A DNA stretch of 64,000 nt from an uncultured bacterium (GTDB taxonomy: Bacteria > Patescibacteriota > Minisyncoccia > Phycocordibacterales > GWA1-40-21), in contig CAWJAN010000005.1 of the NCBI GenBank assembly GCA_963840885.1, positions 12,887 through 76,886 of the forward strand, read 5' to 3'. This document shows, piece by piece, positions 1 through 9,053 of the stretch. Made by a program: the position numbers and the translations under genes. Positions within the stretch are counted from its first letter, which is position 1. The number at the start of each line of letters is the position of its first letter. The notes beneath the pieces were generated by a model. That model was not told the DNA's origin. It saw only the letters and a program-made list of their open reading frames with translations, and did no database searches.

Positions 1-2
1 TA

Positions 3-812
3 ATAACTTCAAGTAAAATCGTTATCATATCATTAAATGAAGTCGATGCCGCAAAAGTTTCTTCAAGCGACCAGGTAACTCTGACTTTCGACGCACTGCC
101 AGGCATTACAGCCACAGGACATATACAATATATTGATCCGCTCGGAGTCGTAAGTTCCGGCGTCGTAAGCTATAACGTAAGTATCTCCATCGATGGAAGC
201 GATGACCAGATTAAAACAGGAATGACAGCAGAAGCTGCGATAATAACTGATTCAAAAACCGGAGTATTGACTGTTCCAAATTCTGCAATTAAAACTTCAG
301 GAAACAGGCAGTATGTTCTTGTCATAGATACGTCGACATCAACAGCGCAAAATTCGTCATCATCTTCTTCAACTTCAACGAGAGGATTTGGAAGATACGG
401 AAATGCTTCCGCAACGGGAACATTCGCATTTTCGTCATCTACTGCATTCTCTTCGTCTACAGCATATTCATCATCAACCAGAAGGATTGGAACTTCTTCT
501 TCCTCGACAAGAACATTTGGCGGCGCAGGAGCAGCCGGCGGATCGCTTACTGTGCCATCAACAACGCCGGTAAAAGAAATATTTATAACGACAGGCGTTA
601 CCGACAATACAAATACTGAAGTAACGAGCGGTTTGCAAGGAGGAGAAATGATAGTGGTAAGATCGACAACCGTAACAACAAGCACTACAAAAACCGCAGC
701 TTCTGCCGCAACATCCAGAACCACCGGAGGTTTTGGAGTCGGGGGCGGCGCAGGAGGGCTTGGAAGAGCACTCGGTGGAGGCAGCGTCGGAGTTGCCAGT
801 TTCGCAAGATAA
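3..812 (+). CDS. Efflux-transporter periplasmic adaptor subunit (HlyD/MacA family), 5'-truncated by the window edge; the C-terminal half carries S/T/G-rich low-complexity inserts
   Basis: Frame 3 is open from nt 3 with no stop. It translates to ...EVDAAKVSSSDQVTLTFDALPGITATGHIQYIDP...IKTGMTAEAAII..TVPNSAIKTSGNRQYVLVID, which is a typical adaptor C-terminal beta-barrel/MP domain. It sits directly upstream of ABC ATPase and permease genes. Confidence 0.7.
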   Translation: MTSSKIVIISLNEVDAAKVSSSDQVTLTFDALPGITATGHIQYIDPLGVVSSGVVSYNVSISIDGSDDQIKTGMTAEAAIITDSKTGVLTVPNSAIKTSGNRQYVLVIDTSTSTAQNSSSSSSTSTRGFGRYGNASATGTFAFSSSTAFSSSTAYSSSTRRIGTSSSSTRTFGGAGAAGGSLTVPSTTPVKEIFITTGVTDNTNTEVTSGLQGGEMIVVRSTTVTTSTTKTAASAATSRTTGGFGVGGGAGGLGRALGGGSVGVASFAR

Positions 813-846
813 ATTCAGTGATTCATGTTCTTAATCATCTTCAACA

Positions 847-1563
847 ATGATTGAATGCAAAAATATAGTTAAAATATACAAAAATGGAGACAGTGAAACC
901 CTTGCGGTAAATGGCGTTTCTTTTACGATAAACGATGGCGAATATGTCGCTATCATGGGTCCGTCAGGTTCAGGAAAATCTACTCTTATGCACATACTAG
1001 GCGCGCTCGATACTCCGACGTCCGGTCAATATTTTTTGGATAACAAAGATGTTTCAAAGCTCAGCGATGATGAGCTTGCCGATATACGAGGAAATAAAAT
1101 CGGTTTCGTTTTCCAGGCATTTAATCTCTTGCCTAGAACTACCGTACTTAGAAATGTAACTCTTCCTCTTATATATTTAAAATTCCCTAAGGAAAAAAGG
1201 GAAGCTATGGCAAAAAAATCCCTTAAATCTGCCGGACTTGAGGAAAACAGATGGGACCATCTTTCCAACCAATTATCCGGAGGACAGATACAAAGAGTTG
1301 CAATAGCCAGAGCCCTGGTAAATGATCCGTCTCTTGTGATGGCTGACGAACCGACAGGAAACCTAGACACGAAAACTGGTGAAATCGTATTGGAAACTTT
1401 TGAACAGCTCAACAAAAAAGAAGGGCACACTATTATTCTGATCACTCACGAACCGGACGTAGCGGAACATGCCGACAGGATAATACATATAAGGGACGGT
1501 AAAATTCTCAGCGACGAAAAAAATCACAAGAAAAGACATGCAAACACAAAGTTAGAAAATTAA
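847..1563 (+). CDS. ABC transporter ATP-binding protein (MacB/LolD-type)
   Basis: Walker [10 protein letters not shown], signature [15 protein letters not shown] and Walker [13 protein letters not shown] are present. It follows the adaptor and precedes the permease. Confidence 0.85.
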   Translation: MIECKNIVKIYKNGDSETLAVNGVSFTINDGEYVAIMGPSGSGKSTLMHILGALDTPTSGQYFLDNKDVSKLSDDELADIRGNKIGFVFQAFNLLPRTTVLRNVTLPLIYLKFPKEKREAMAKKSLKSAGLEENRWDHLSNQLSGGQIQRVAIARALVNDPSLVMADEPTGNLDTKTGEIVLETFEQLNKKEGHTIILITHEPDVAEHADRIIHIRDGKILSDEKNHKKRHANTKLEN

Positions 1564-1571
1564 AATAATTT

Positions 1572-2789
1572 ATGACAATACAAGATTTACTTCAAGAAAC
1601 TACATCGGCGCTTCTTTCGAACAAGGTGAGGACGGGCCTTACGATGCTTGGAATTGTCATAGGTATCGCTTCGGTTATTGCGATGCTTGCTGTCGGAAAC
1701 GGCGCGACGCAATCCATACAACAGCAAATACAATCTATCGGCTCTAATCTTGTCATAGTAAGTCCTGGAGCGCAGAAAAGCTTCAGCCAGGTGCGTACAA
1801 GCAGGGGAACGGCAAATACCCTTACAATGGATGATTCTGCTGCAATAGCTTCAGAAATACCAGATGCGGAAGCGGTAGCTCCAGCAGTAACGACACAAAA
1901 ACAAATCGTTTCTTCAGTATCAAATTCTAATACGCAAATAATCGGAACTGTTCCTATGTATACTCAGGTTAGAAACGTAAACCTTTCGGAAGGAACTTTC
2001 TTTACGGATGCTCAAGTCACATCCTTGGCTCGCGTTGCCATTATCGGCTCAACTACGGCGGCAGATCTTTATCCCAATGCGGATCCTGTGGGACAGATAC
2101 TCAGGATAAACGGAAACATATTTACTGTGATAGGCGTGGTTGCCGCAACTGGCGGAAATTCCGCAAACGCGAGTGATGATGTGGTTTATATTCCTATCAC
2201 CGTAGCTCAGCAATTTTTGACCGGCAATAAATACGTATCTTCGATAAACATAGAAGCCAATAGCCCTAATGCGGTCACCAATGTGCAAAACGAAGTTACA
2301 GCCCTTCTTCTTGCGCGTCATAATATAAGCGACCCGACAAAAGCGGATTTCAGCACGCTTAACCAATCGGATATTTTATCTACAGCATCGTCAGTCACTT
2401 CTACGATGACATATCTTCTGGCGGCGATTGCCGGCATATCTCTTCTTGTCGGAGGAATCGGCATCATGAACATGATGCTTACGACAGTTACCGAAAGGAC
2501 AAGAGAAATCGGCCTAAGAAAAGCTATCGGAGCAAAAGAAAAAGATATAAGAATGCAATTTTTATTTGAATCGATGATCCTTACGGTTTTGGGAGGAATC
2601 ATAGGAATCATTCTGGGTATGCTTATTTCCTATGTGCTGACGCTTACCGGCCTCTTGTCCGCTCAAGTATCGTTATTCTCGGTCATATTGTCATTCAGCG
2701 TCTCCGCAATCATAGGAATAGTGTTCGGATATTATCCGGCAGCGAGAGCATCGAGCCTCAATCCCATTGAAGCTCTCAGGTACGAATAA
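1572..2789 (+). CDS. ABC transporter permease (MacB/FtsX-type)
   Basis: N-terminal TM, a large periplasmic domain, and a C-terminal FtsX-like 3-TM bundle with REIGLRKAIGAKEKDI. Confidence 0.8.
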   Translation: MTIQDLLQETTSALLSNKVRTGLTMLGIVIGIASVIAMLAVGNGATQSIQQQIQSIGSNLVIVSPGAQKSFSQVRTSRGTANTLTMDDSAAIASEIPDAEAVAPAVTTQKQIVSSVSNSNTQIIGTVPMYTQVRNVNLSEGTFFTDAQVTSLARVAIIGSTTAADLYPNADPVGQILRINGNIFTVIGVVAATGGNSANASDDVVYIPITVAQQFLTGNKYVSSINIEANSPNAVTNVQNEVTALLLARHNISDPTKADFSTLNQSDILSTASSVTSTMTYLLAAIAGISLLVGGIGIMNMMLTTVTERTREIGLRKAIGAKEKDIRMQFLFESMILTVLGGIIGIILGMLISYVLTLTGLLSAQVSLFSVILSFSVSAIIGIVFGYYPAARASSLNPIEALRYE

Positions 2790-3704
2790 TCATTTGAACG
2801 AAAAAAGAGAGAGGAATTTCATCGGATCTATGGCTATGCCATTTATATGAACCGATAAATGCAAATGCGGCCCGCTTGCATAACCGGTAGCGCCTGAAAG
2901 GCCAATGATTTCTCCCTGCGTCACGATTTCACCGACATGAACATTTATTTTTGAAAGATGCATATAATATGTTTCAAGACCTAAGCCGTGATCTATAACT
3001 ATTGTCTCGCCATAATCAACAAAACTGCGCGCAAGAGTAACTATACCGCTGTTTGATGCGGAGACTGGCGTTCCGACATCGGCACGAAAATCCGTGCCCT
3101 TATGAACGATATCGTATGCGCCGCTGTCGCGCGAATAGCCATACGGATCAGTCACGGTATGATCCGGTACCGGAAAAATGAATGCGCCATTCCATAGCTC
3201 AGTCGTAGTGCTTTTGAGAGAAGCGAGCGATGCATTTTCTTGTCCAAGAGTGCTGACCACCTTGGCCTGGTTTGCGGCTGAATTTCCGCCGAGCTGCTCG
3301 GGAACCGGAAGCGATTCTGTTTCCAAAAGGCGCTGATGCACGGCGAGCGTTGCTGTTGCGACACGACCATCGGTCAGATCAGCTTCAATTTCAAAAGTGC
3401 CCGTAGCGGCATGAAGATCGATGCCAAGAAATGCGCTTGGTTTATCATCATATTCAAATAATGACGCTGGTGATCCATTAAACATAATAGTGCGCACTTC
3501 GGACATATTTGTTCCGTTTATTTCTACAAGTGCCGGATCTCCTTGCATTAATGATGATGGCATTACCGAAACAGAAAAAGCGCTTGAAGATGAGGAGGAA
3601 ATATTTGTCATCGTGGCAACGGAAAGAGTGCTTGTAGAGTGTGAGCCTAATATCCCTAAAATAAACGCCATTATTGTCGCATAAAGAAATTTCAGCATAA
3701 GCAT
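2790..3704 (-). CDS. M23 family metallopeptidase (LytM-like), secreted
   Basis: N-terminal signal peptide and an HLHLSVHINGIAIDP (HxH) motif. It is convergent with the permease gene. Confidence 0.75.
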   Translation of the reverse strand: MLMLKFLYATIMAFILGILGSHSTSTLSVATMTNISSSSSSAFSVSVMPSSLMQGDPALVEINGTNMSEVRTIMFNGSPASLFEYDDKPSAFLGIDLHAATGTFEIEADLTDGRVATATLAVHQRLLETESLPVPEQLGGNSAANQAKVVSTLGQENASLASLKSTTTELWNGAFIFPVPDHTVTDPYGYSRDSGAYDIVHKGTDFRADVGTPVSASNSGIVTLARSFVDYGETIVIDHGLGLETYYMHLSKINVHVGEIVTQGEIIGLSGATGYASGPHLHLSVHINGIAIDPMKFLSLFSFK

Positions 3705-3734
3705 ATGTCTTAAGTATACCGCAAAAATGGCAGT

Positions 3735-3763
3735 TTGACTGAATCGGCATAGTGGTGTATCAT
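3735..3763 (+). promoter_or_regulatory. Sigma70-like promoter for the RRM gene (TTGACT-N17-TATCAT)
   Basis: Hexamers were read directly from the sequence, about 95 nt upstream of the start codon. Confidence 0.35.
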
Positions 3764-3857
3764 TTATAGCGTTAAGAAATATCTTGAATGTTTGGAAGAA
3801 TAGTCATCTTTCTCCTCAAGTAAAGTCTTACGGTTAATAAGATAATTTAGTTTGTAA

Positions 3858-4124
3858 ATGAAGAAATTGTACGTAGGTGGTATTTCCTACAGCACCACAG
3901 ATAAAGGTCTTTCAGACGCTTTTTCTAAAGCTGGAGAAGTCGCATCGGCAGTCATCATAACCGACAAGATGACCGGAAGGTCAAAAGGTTTCGGTTTTGT
4001 CGAAATGACAACAGATGAAGCAGCTCAGGCCGCCATAGAAATGTGGAATGGCAAAGAGCTCGACGGAAGGAAACTCACCGTTAACGAAGCGAGACCAAAG
4101 GAGGAAAGACCAAGAAGATATTAA
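3858..4124 (+). CDS. RRM-type RNA-binding protein
   Basis: RNP-2 LYVGGI and RNP-1 KGFGFVEM motifs; 88 aa. Confidence 0.8.
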   Translation: MKKLYVGGISYSTTDKGLSDAFSKAGEVASAVIITDKMTGRSKGFGFVEMTTDEAAQAAIEMWNGKELDGRKLTVNEARPKEERPRRY

Positions 4125-4146
4125 TCTAACTTCTAGTTTTTTTAAG

Positions 4147-4180
4147 AAAAAGCGCGTCGCAAGGCGCGCTTTTTCTTTTT
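4147..4180 (+). terminator. Rho-independent terminator
   Basis: AGCGCG-tcgcaagg-CGCGCT stem-loop followed by a T tract. Confidence 0.6.
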
Positions 4181-4210
4181 TTACATATTTTCTGATACAA
4201 TCATAAAATT

Positions 4211-4921
4211 ATGAAGAATCTGATTTTCTTGGATACCGAAACGACCGGAAACGAGATAGGCAAAGACCGCTTATGCGAGGTCTGTTTTATGAATGACGGA
4301 AAAGTAAACACAGAATATTTCAAGCCGCCGGTGCCGGTTTCTGTAAAAGCAATGAGCATTACGCATATAACAAACAAGATGCTTTCCGATAAGAAACCAT
4401 TTATTGGAAGCAAGATGGCAAAAGAACTTCAAGGGTTGCTTAAAGACGGGATATTGGTGGCGCATAATGCTTCCTTCGATTGCTCCATGCTTGAAGCCGA
4501 AGGAATTTCCGTACCAAACAATATATGCACGCTCAGAGTAGCCAGATATCTTGATCCTGAAAATCTCATACCTGAATATAATCTTCAATTTCTCAGATAC
4601 TTCCTTGATCTTGATGTGGAAGGGCATTCTCATAATGCGGAAGATGATGTAAAAGTCCTGTATGCGCTTTTCCAAAGGCTTTTTTCAAAAATAAAAGAAA
4701 CAGAAAAAACAGAGGAGGAAGCCGTAGAAAAGATGGTGGAGATTTCAAAAACTCCGACTCTTTTTTATAAATTTAATTTCGGAAAATATGCCGGCGAACC
4801 GCTGGAAAACGTGATAAAAAAGGACAGGAAATATCTTGAATGGATGCTTGAACAGAAGATTAAAAGCCCGGCTAACGAGGAAGACTGGATTTATACGCTT
4901 AAGCATTATTTAAAAAAGTAA
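4211..4921 (+). CDS. DEDDh 3'-5' exonuclease (DnaQ-like) with a C-terminal extension
   Basis: Exo I FLDTETTG, Exo II HNASFDCSML and Exo III HSHNAEDDV motifs. Confidence 0.7.
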   Translation: MKNLIFLDTETTGNEIGKDRLCEVCFMNDGKVNTEYFKPPVPVSVKAMSITHITNKMLSDKKPFIGSKMAKELQGLLKDGILVAHNASFDCSMLEAEGISVPNNICTLRVARYLDPENLIPEYNLQFLRYFLDLDVEGHSHNAEDDVKVLYALFQRLFSKIKETEKTEEEAVEKMVEISKTPTLFYKFNFGKYAGEPLENVIKKDRKYLEWMLEQKIKSPANEEDWIYTLKHYLKK

Positions 4922-4975
4922 TTGATTGTGTTTTTTCTTCCAATTTCTGCAAAAATAATGTAGTCTTTAATTTCT

Positions 4976-6427
4976 ATGGCCGAACACGGTGAAATAGTAT
5001 TAAAATTTGAAAAAGTGTCTTTTGAATTTGGACACAACAAACAGATCTTGGAAGAGGTTGATTTTACATTGAGAAGGGGGGCGAAAGTCACCCTTATGGG
5101 ACAAAACGGGTCCGGTAAAAGTACTATTTTTAATCTAATCACGGGACATTTCAAACCAGAATCGGGAAAAATACATTTGCAAAATAAACTTACGATAGCC
5201 ACGGCCAAACAAGTCATTCCAAGAGCAGATGCGGAATTGACTGTGAAGGAATTTTTTGAAAAATGCTTTAAAAATAAGGTCTATAATATTGAACCAAAAA
5301 TTGAAGAGGTCCTGGAAGTGGTAAATCTTAAGGCTCCTATTGAAAGACTTGTTATGAGTTTCTCTGGCGGTCAGCAAGCCAGGCTTCTTCTCGCAAGTGC
5401 GCTTATTCAAAATCCTGATTTATTGCTTTTGGATGAGCCGACGAACAATTTGGATAAAGATGGAATAGCTCATCTTACAAAATTCCTGGTTGAATACGAA
5501 AAAACTTGCATTGTAATTTCTCACGACGCAGATTTTCTAAATGCATTTACGCACGGCGTTTTATATTTGGATGTTCATACAAAAAAAATTGAACAGTATA
5601 TGGGAAACTATTTTGATGTTATGGAGCAAATAACGGTAAGAATTGAAAAGGAAAATATGAAAAATGCCCAGCTTTCAAAGACAATTCAGGAAAATAAGGA
5701 GAAGGCAAACTTTTTTGCCATGAAAGGCGGGCAAATGAGGCTTGTGGCAAAAAGAATGAGAGAAAAAGCGGAAGAACTTGAAGAAGAAAAAGTAGATGTT
5801 AGGCTAGAAGACATAACCATACGCCCATTCAAAATACCTGCACAATACGTACTTGGAGAGATTGTTCACATATCCGAATTTTCAATTTTCAAAAATCATA
5901 AAAAAATTGCTCGAAAAGCAAATATCTCTTTGAAGAAAAATCAGCATCTTCTTTTAACGGGGCCAAACGGCATCGGAAAGTCTACTTTGCTTGAAGCTCT
6001 GGCAAAAGGAGATTCGAAGGGTGAAAAAATAGCTGAGGGCGTTAAGGTAGGGTATTACAGACAAGATTTTTCTACGCTAAATTTCGATCATACTATCTTT
6101 CAAGCGCTTATGTCTGTTATGGATAAAGATATGGAGCAGGAAATGCGATCAGTTGCGGCCGGATTTCTTATAACAGGAGATATGATTAACACAAAAATCG
6201 GCAGCCTTTCCGAAGGACAAAAAGGTTTGGTGGCCCTCGCACAGCTCGTGCTTTTAAAACCCGGGCTTCTCATACTTGATGAGCCGACAAACCACATAAA
6301 TTTCCGTCATTTGCCTATAATCGCAAAAGCTCTGAGTGAATACGAGGGCGCCATGATACTCGTAAGCCATGTTCCAGAATTTGTAAAACAAGTCAGAATT
6401 GACGAGGCTTTTAATTTGGAAAAATAG
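4976..6427 (+). CDS. ABC-F family ATPase (tandem ABC domains, no TM)
   Basis: Two Walker A boxes (GQNGSGKST, GPNGIGKST), two signatures (FSGGQQARL, LSEGQKGLV) and a charged linker between the domains. Confidence 0.8.
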   Translation: MAEHGEIVLKFEKVSFEFGHNKQILEEVDFTLRRGAKVTLMGQNGSGKSTIFNLITGHFKPESGKIHLQNKLTIATAKQVIPRADAELTVKEFFEKCFKNKVYNIEPKIEEVLEVVNLKAPIERLVMSFSGGQQARLLLASALIQNPDLLLLDEPTNNLDKDGIAHLTKFLVEYEKTCIVISHDADFLNAFTHGVLYLDVHTKKIEQYMGNYFDVMEQITVRIEKENMKNAQLSKTIQENKEKANFFAMKGGQMRLVAKRMREKAEELEEEKVDVRLEDITIRPFKIPAQYVLGEIVHISEFSIFKNHKKIARKANISLKKNQHLLLTGPNGIGKSTLLEALAKGDSKGEKIAEGVKVGYYRQDFSTLNFDHTIFQALMSVMDKDMEQEMRSVAAGFLITGDMINTKIGSLSEGQKGLVALAQLVLLKPGLLILDEPTNHINFRHLPIIAKALSEYEGAMILVSHVPEFVKQVRIDEAFNLEK

Positions 6428-6768
6428 AAATAAATACTAAAATTATTTGTATGAAAAAAGTTGAACTTACTTTTATGGTGGTTCCGGAATTTTTGAAAAG
6501 CCACTGTTACATAAAAAATCCGGTAAAGATAAGGGTTGTAGACCCTGAAGCTATTTTCCTCACAGACATCCTGGGTGAAAGTTGAAGGAAAATGATAAAA
6601 GCCGGCATACCTTTTTACTTTACCAAAAAACTGGCTGAGAAATTGATTAAAAAGGGGATTACGGTAAAAATTCCGTAGATATTTGCCTTTGATAAAATCT
6701 ATTTTGACAAAATATTTATTTGATATAGCATTTTAAACGGATCCGACTAACTAATTGGAGGTGGAAAA

Positions 6769-7047
6769 ATGGGAAGAGTCATGCTGTTTACTCCTTTTAC
6801 TGGCGATATGGAGAAAAACGCGGAGTATGCGGACAAATGCATTCGCGACTCTTTGTCTAAAGGCGAATCTCCGCTTTCAAGCCGTTTGCTTTTTGGCAAA
6901 ATCGGCATAAAAGCTGGACTTCTTTGGATAAAAGGTGCGGAACTCGTAGTGATATACGAAGATCTTGGCATAAGCAAGTGCATGGAACTCGGCATAGAAA
7001 GGGCGAGGATAGAAGGCTGTCCTTTCACATACCGGAGAATACTCTGA
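6769..7047 (+). CDS. Hypothetical protein (92 aa)
   Basis: Strong SD GGAGGTGG about 6 nt upstream and a terminator downstream. Confidence 0.4.
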   Translation: MGRVMLFTPFTGDMEKNAEYADKCIRDSLSKGESPLSSRLLFGKIGIKAGLLWIKGAELVVIYEDLGISKCMELGIERARIEGCPFTYRRIL

Positions 7048-7065
7048 CTTATGCGAAAAAACCAA

Positions 7066-7097
7066 AAGGCCGGCATTAATAGCTGGCCTTTTTTATT
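7066..7097 (+). terminator. Rho-independent terminator
   Basis: AAGGCCGGC...GCTGGCCTT stem with one mismatch, followed by a T tract. Confidence 0.45.
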
Positions 7098-7107
7098 TAT
7101 CAAATAA

Positions 7108-7136
7108 TTGACAAATTGCCGGTACTTTGCTATTAT
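7108..7136 (+). promoter_or_regulatory. Consensus sigma70 promoter TTGACA-N17-TATTAT for the DEAD-box helicase
   Basis: Perfect -35 hexamer, 17-nt spacer and a near-consensus -10 hexamer. Confidence 0.5.
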
Positions 7137-7294
7137 ATTTAAGTAAATAAATCTCCATCAGAGATTCATCTCACCGATTAAGCGTAAATGTTCAAATGTC
7201 GCAAAATCTGTGCGACATTTTTACATTTAATAAACTAATGCCTGTCTAAAATGATAGGCCAAAAAGCGGAAAAAAGCCGCTTTAAAACATCAAT

Positions 7295-8692
7295 ATGCGC
7301 AGAGTAATAAGGAATGTCGGATCTTTTGACAGATTCGACAATAAGAAATCCGGAAAATTCGGATTGCACAGAAAAAGCATAAGAGGCTCGGAATCAAAAT
7401 CCCGTGCTGATTTTGCAAGCAATAATCCTGGAAACGGACCGGCTCAGGCATCAGGTTCCTTTTCAGGAACAAGATACGGACACGGAAAACCTTCATTCGG
7501 TGGAAACAGGTTTTCCCGCGGATCAAGCTACGGAAAGCCGTCATTCGGCGGAAGAGGAGGATTTTCTAGGAACCGAAGAGGAAATGACGGATCAAATATC
7601 CATTTCTCAAAATTTATAAATAAGGCTGTTATCACAGAGGAAGTTTCAAAATTCGTTCCGGAACACCTTTTCAAGGATTTCAACATAGATGACAGGCTCA
7701 AGGCAAATATTTTTGCCAAGGGATACAATGAACCGACTCCGATTCAGGACAAGATAATTCCTCATGTGCTCAGGGGATCTGATGTCGTTGGCATAGCGAA
7801 TACGGGAACTGGAAAAACAGCCGCATTTCTCATACCACTCATACAAAAAGTCCTAATGAATCCAAAAGAAGAAATTCTTATCGTGGTTCCTACGAGAGAG
7901 CTGGCCCAGCAGATAGAAAGCGAACTCAAGAGCTTTACGGAAGGAATGAAAATATTTTCCGTATGCTGCGTCGGAGGCGCTCCTATAGGCAGGCAGATTT
8001 CAATGCTTAAGTATTGGAATAACTTCGTAATAGGAACTCCAGGAAGACTTAAGGATTTGGTAAACAGAAAAGTATTAAATCTTAAACCATTTTCAACTAT
8101 AGTATTGGACGAGGCAGACAGAATGCTTGATATGGGATTTATTGCGGATATGAAACTCATAATGTCCCAGATGTCGGCAAAAAGGCATACTCTGTTTTTC
8201 TCAGCAACGATGTCTAGAGAAATAGAGCAGCTTATCAAAGAATTTTTAAATAATCCCACGACTGTTTCCGTAAAAACCGGTGATACTTCAAAATCAGTAG
8301 ACCAGGATGTCGTAAGAATGAACGGAAAAGAAAAGATAGACGTCTTGCACGAGCTTCTGAACAATCCGGAACTTTCTAAAGTCCTGATATTCGGAAGAAC
8401 AAAGCATGGCGTTGAAAGGCTTTCAAAAACCCTCACGGAAAGAGGGTTCAAAGCAGATTCGATACATGGCGACAAAAACCAAGGAGCGAGACAAAGGGCT
8501 CTCGGCAAATTCAAAGACGATCATATAAAGATTCTTGTTGCTACAGACGTAGCCGCAAGGGGGCTTGATATACCCGATGTAACTCACGTAATAAACTATG
8601 ATATACCTGCTACATACGAAGATTATGTCCATAGAATAGGCAGAACCGGACGCGCTAACAAGAAAGGAAAAGCTCTGACATTCATAGGATAA
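7295..8692 (+). CDS. DEAD-box ATP-dependent RNA helicase with a ~120-aa N-terminal RGG/FGG-rich low-complexity extension
   Basis: Q-motif, AxxGxGKT (GTGKTAAF), DEAD, SAT and HRIGRTGRA motifs. Confidence 0.85.
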   Translation: MRRVIRNVGSFDRFDNKKSGKFGLHRKSIRGSESKSRADFASNNPGNGPAQASGSFSGTRYGHGKPSFGGNRFSRGSSYGKPSFGGRGGFSRNRRGNDGSNIHFSKFINKAVITEEVSKFVPEHLFKDFNIDDRLKANIFAKGYNEPTPIQDKIIPHVLRGSDVVGIANTGTGKTAAFLIPLIQKVLMNPKEEILIVVPTRELAQQIESELKSFTEGMKIFSVCCVGGAPIGRQISMLKYWNNFVIGTPGRLKDLVNRKVLNLKPFSTIVLDEADRMLDMGFIADMKLIMSQMSAKRHTLFFSATMSREIEQLIKEFLNNPTTVSVKTGDTSKSVDQDVVRMNGKEKIDVLHELLNNPELSKVLIFGRTKHGVERLSKTLTERGFKADSIHGDKNQGARQRALGKFKDDHIKILVATDVAARGLDIPDVTHVINYDIPATYEDYVHRIGRTGRANKKGKALTFIG

Positions 8693-8757
8693 TTGTGGCT
8701 TTAACCGGCCGGTTGTATAATTATACAAAGGTCGTTTAGAAAATTAATTATTTTCTT

Positions 8758-8970
8758 ATGTCAAAACTTAATTGGTTGGAATGGGTAGTGGTAGTCCTTG
8801 TTATCGTAGGATCGATAAACTGGGGACTTACCGCGCTCGGATGGAACTTGGTCGACTCAATCTTCGGAATGGGATCGACAGTTTCTCAAATAATTTACAT
8901 CTTAGTAGGCTTGTCCGGTATCTATATGATATTTACGGTCAAAAAACTCACAAAGCCTGCAGCAATGTAA
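8758..8970 (+). CDS. DUF378-family small membrane protein
   Basis: LVIVGSINWGLTALGWNLVDSIFG matches the DUF378 signature as recalled; two TM segments. Confidence 0.55.
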   Translation: MSKLNWLEWVVVVLVIVGSINWGLTALGWNLVDSIFGMGSTVSQIIYILVGLSGIYMIFTVKKLTKPAAM

Positions 8971-8991
8971 TATAGGCGACATTCTCAAAAA

Positions 8992-9025
8992 AACGGCCGG
9001 CCTCAAATGGTCCGGCCGTTTTTTC
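8992..9025 (+). terminator. Rho-independent terminator
   Basis: ACGGCCGGCC..GGTCCGGCCGT stem followed by a T tract. Confidence 0.6.
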
Positions 9026-9053
9026 GTATTCCAAATAAGGTATAATATTCTGG

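Noticed and set aside
170-724. 184-aa minus-strand ORF
   Set aside because: It is antisense to the conserved HlyD-adaptor C-terminal region and mirrors that region's low-complexity composition. It has no motifs or RBS.
7762-8514. 250-aa minus-strand ORF
   Set aside because: It is entirely antisense to the DEAD-box helicase, whose motifs are unambiguous on the + strand.
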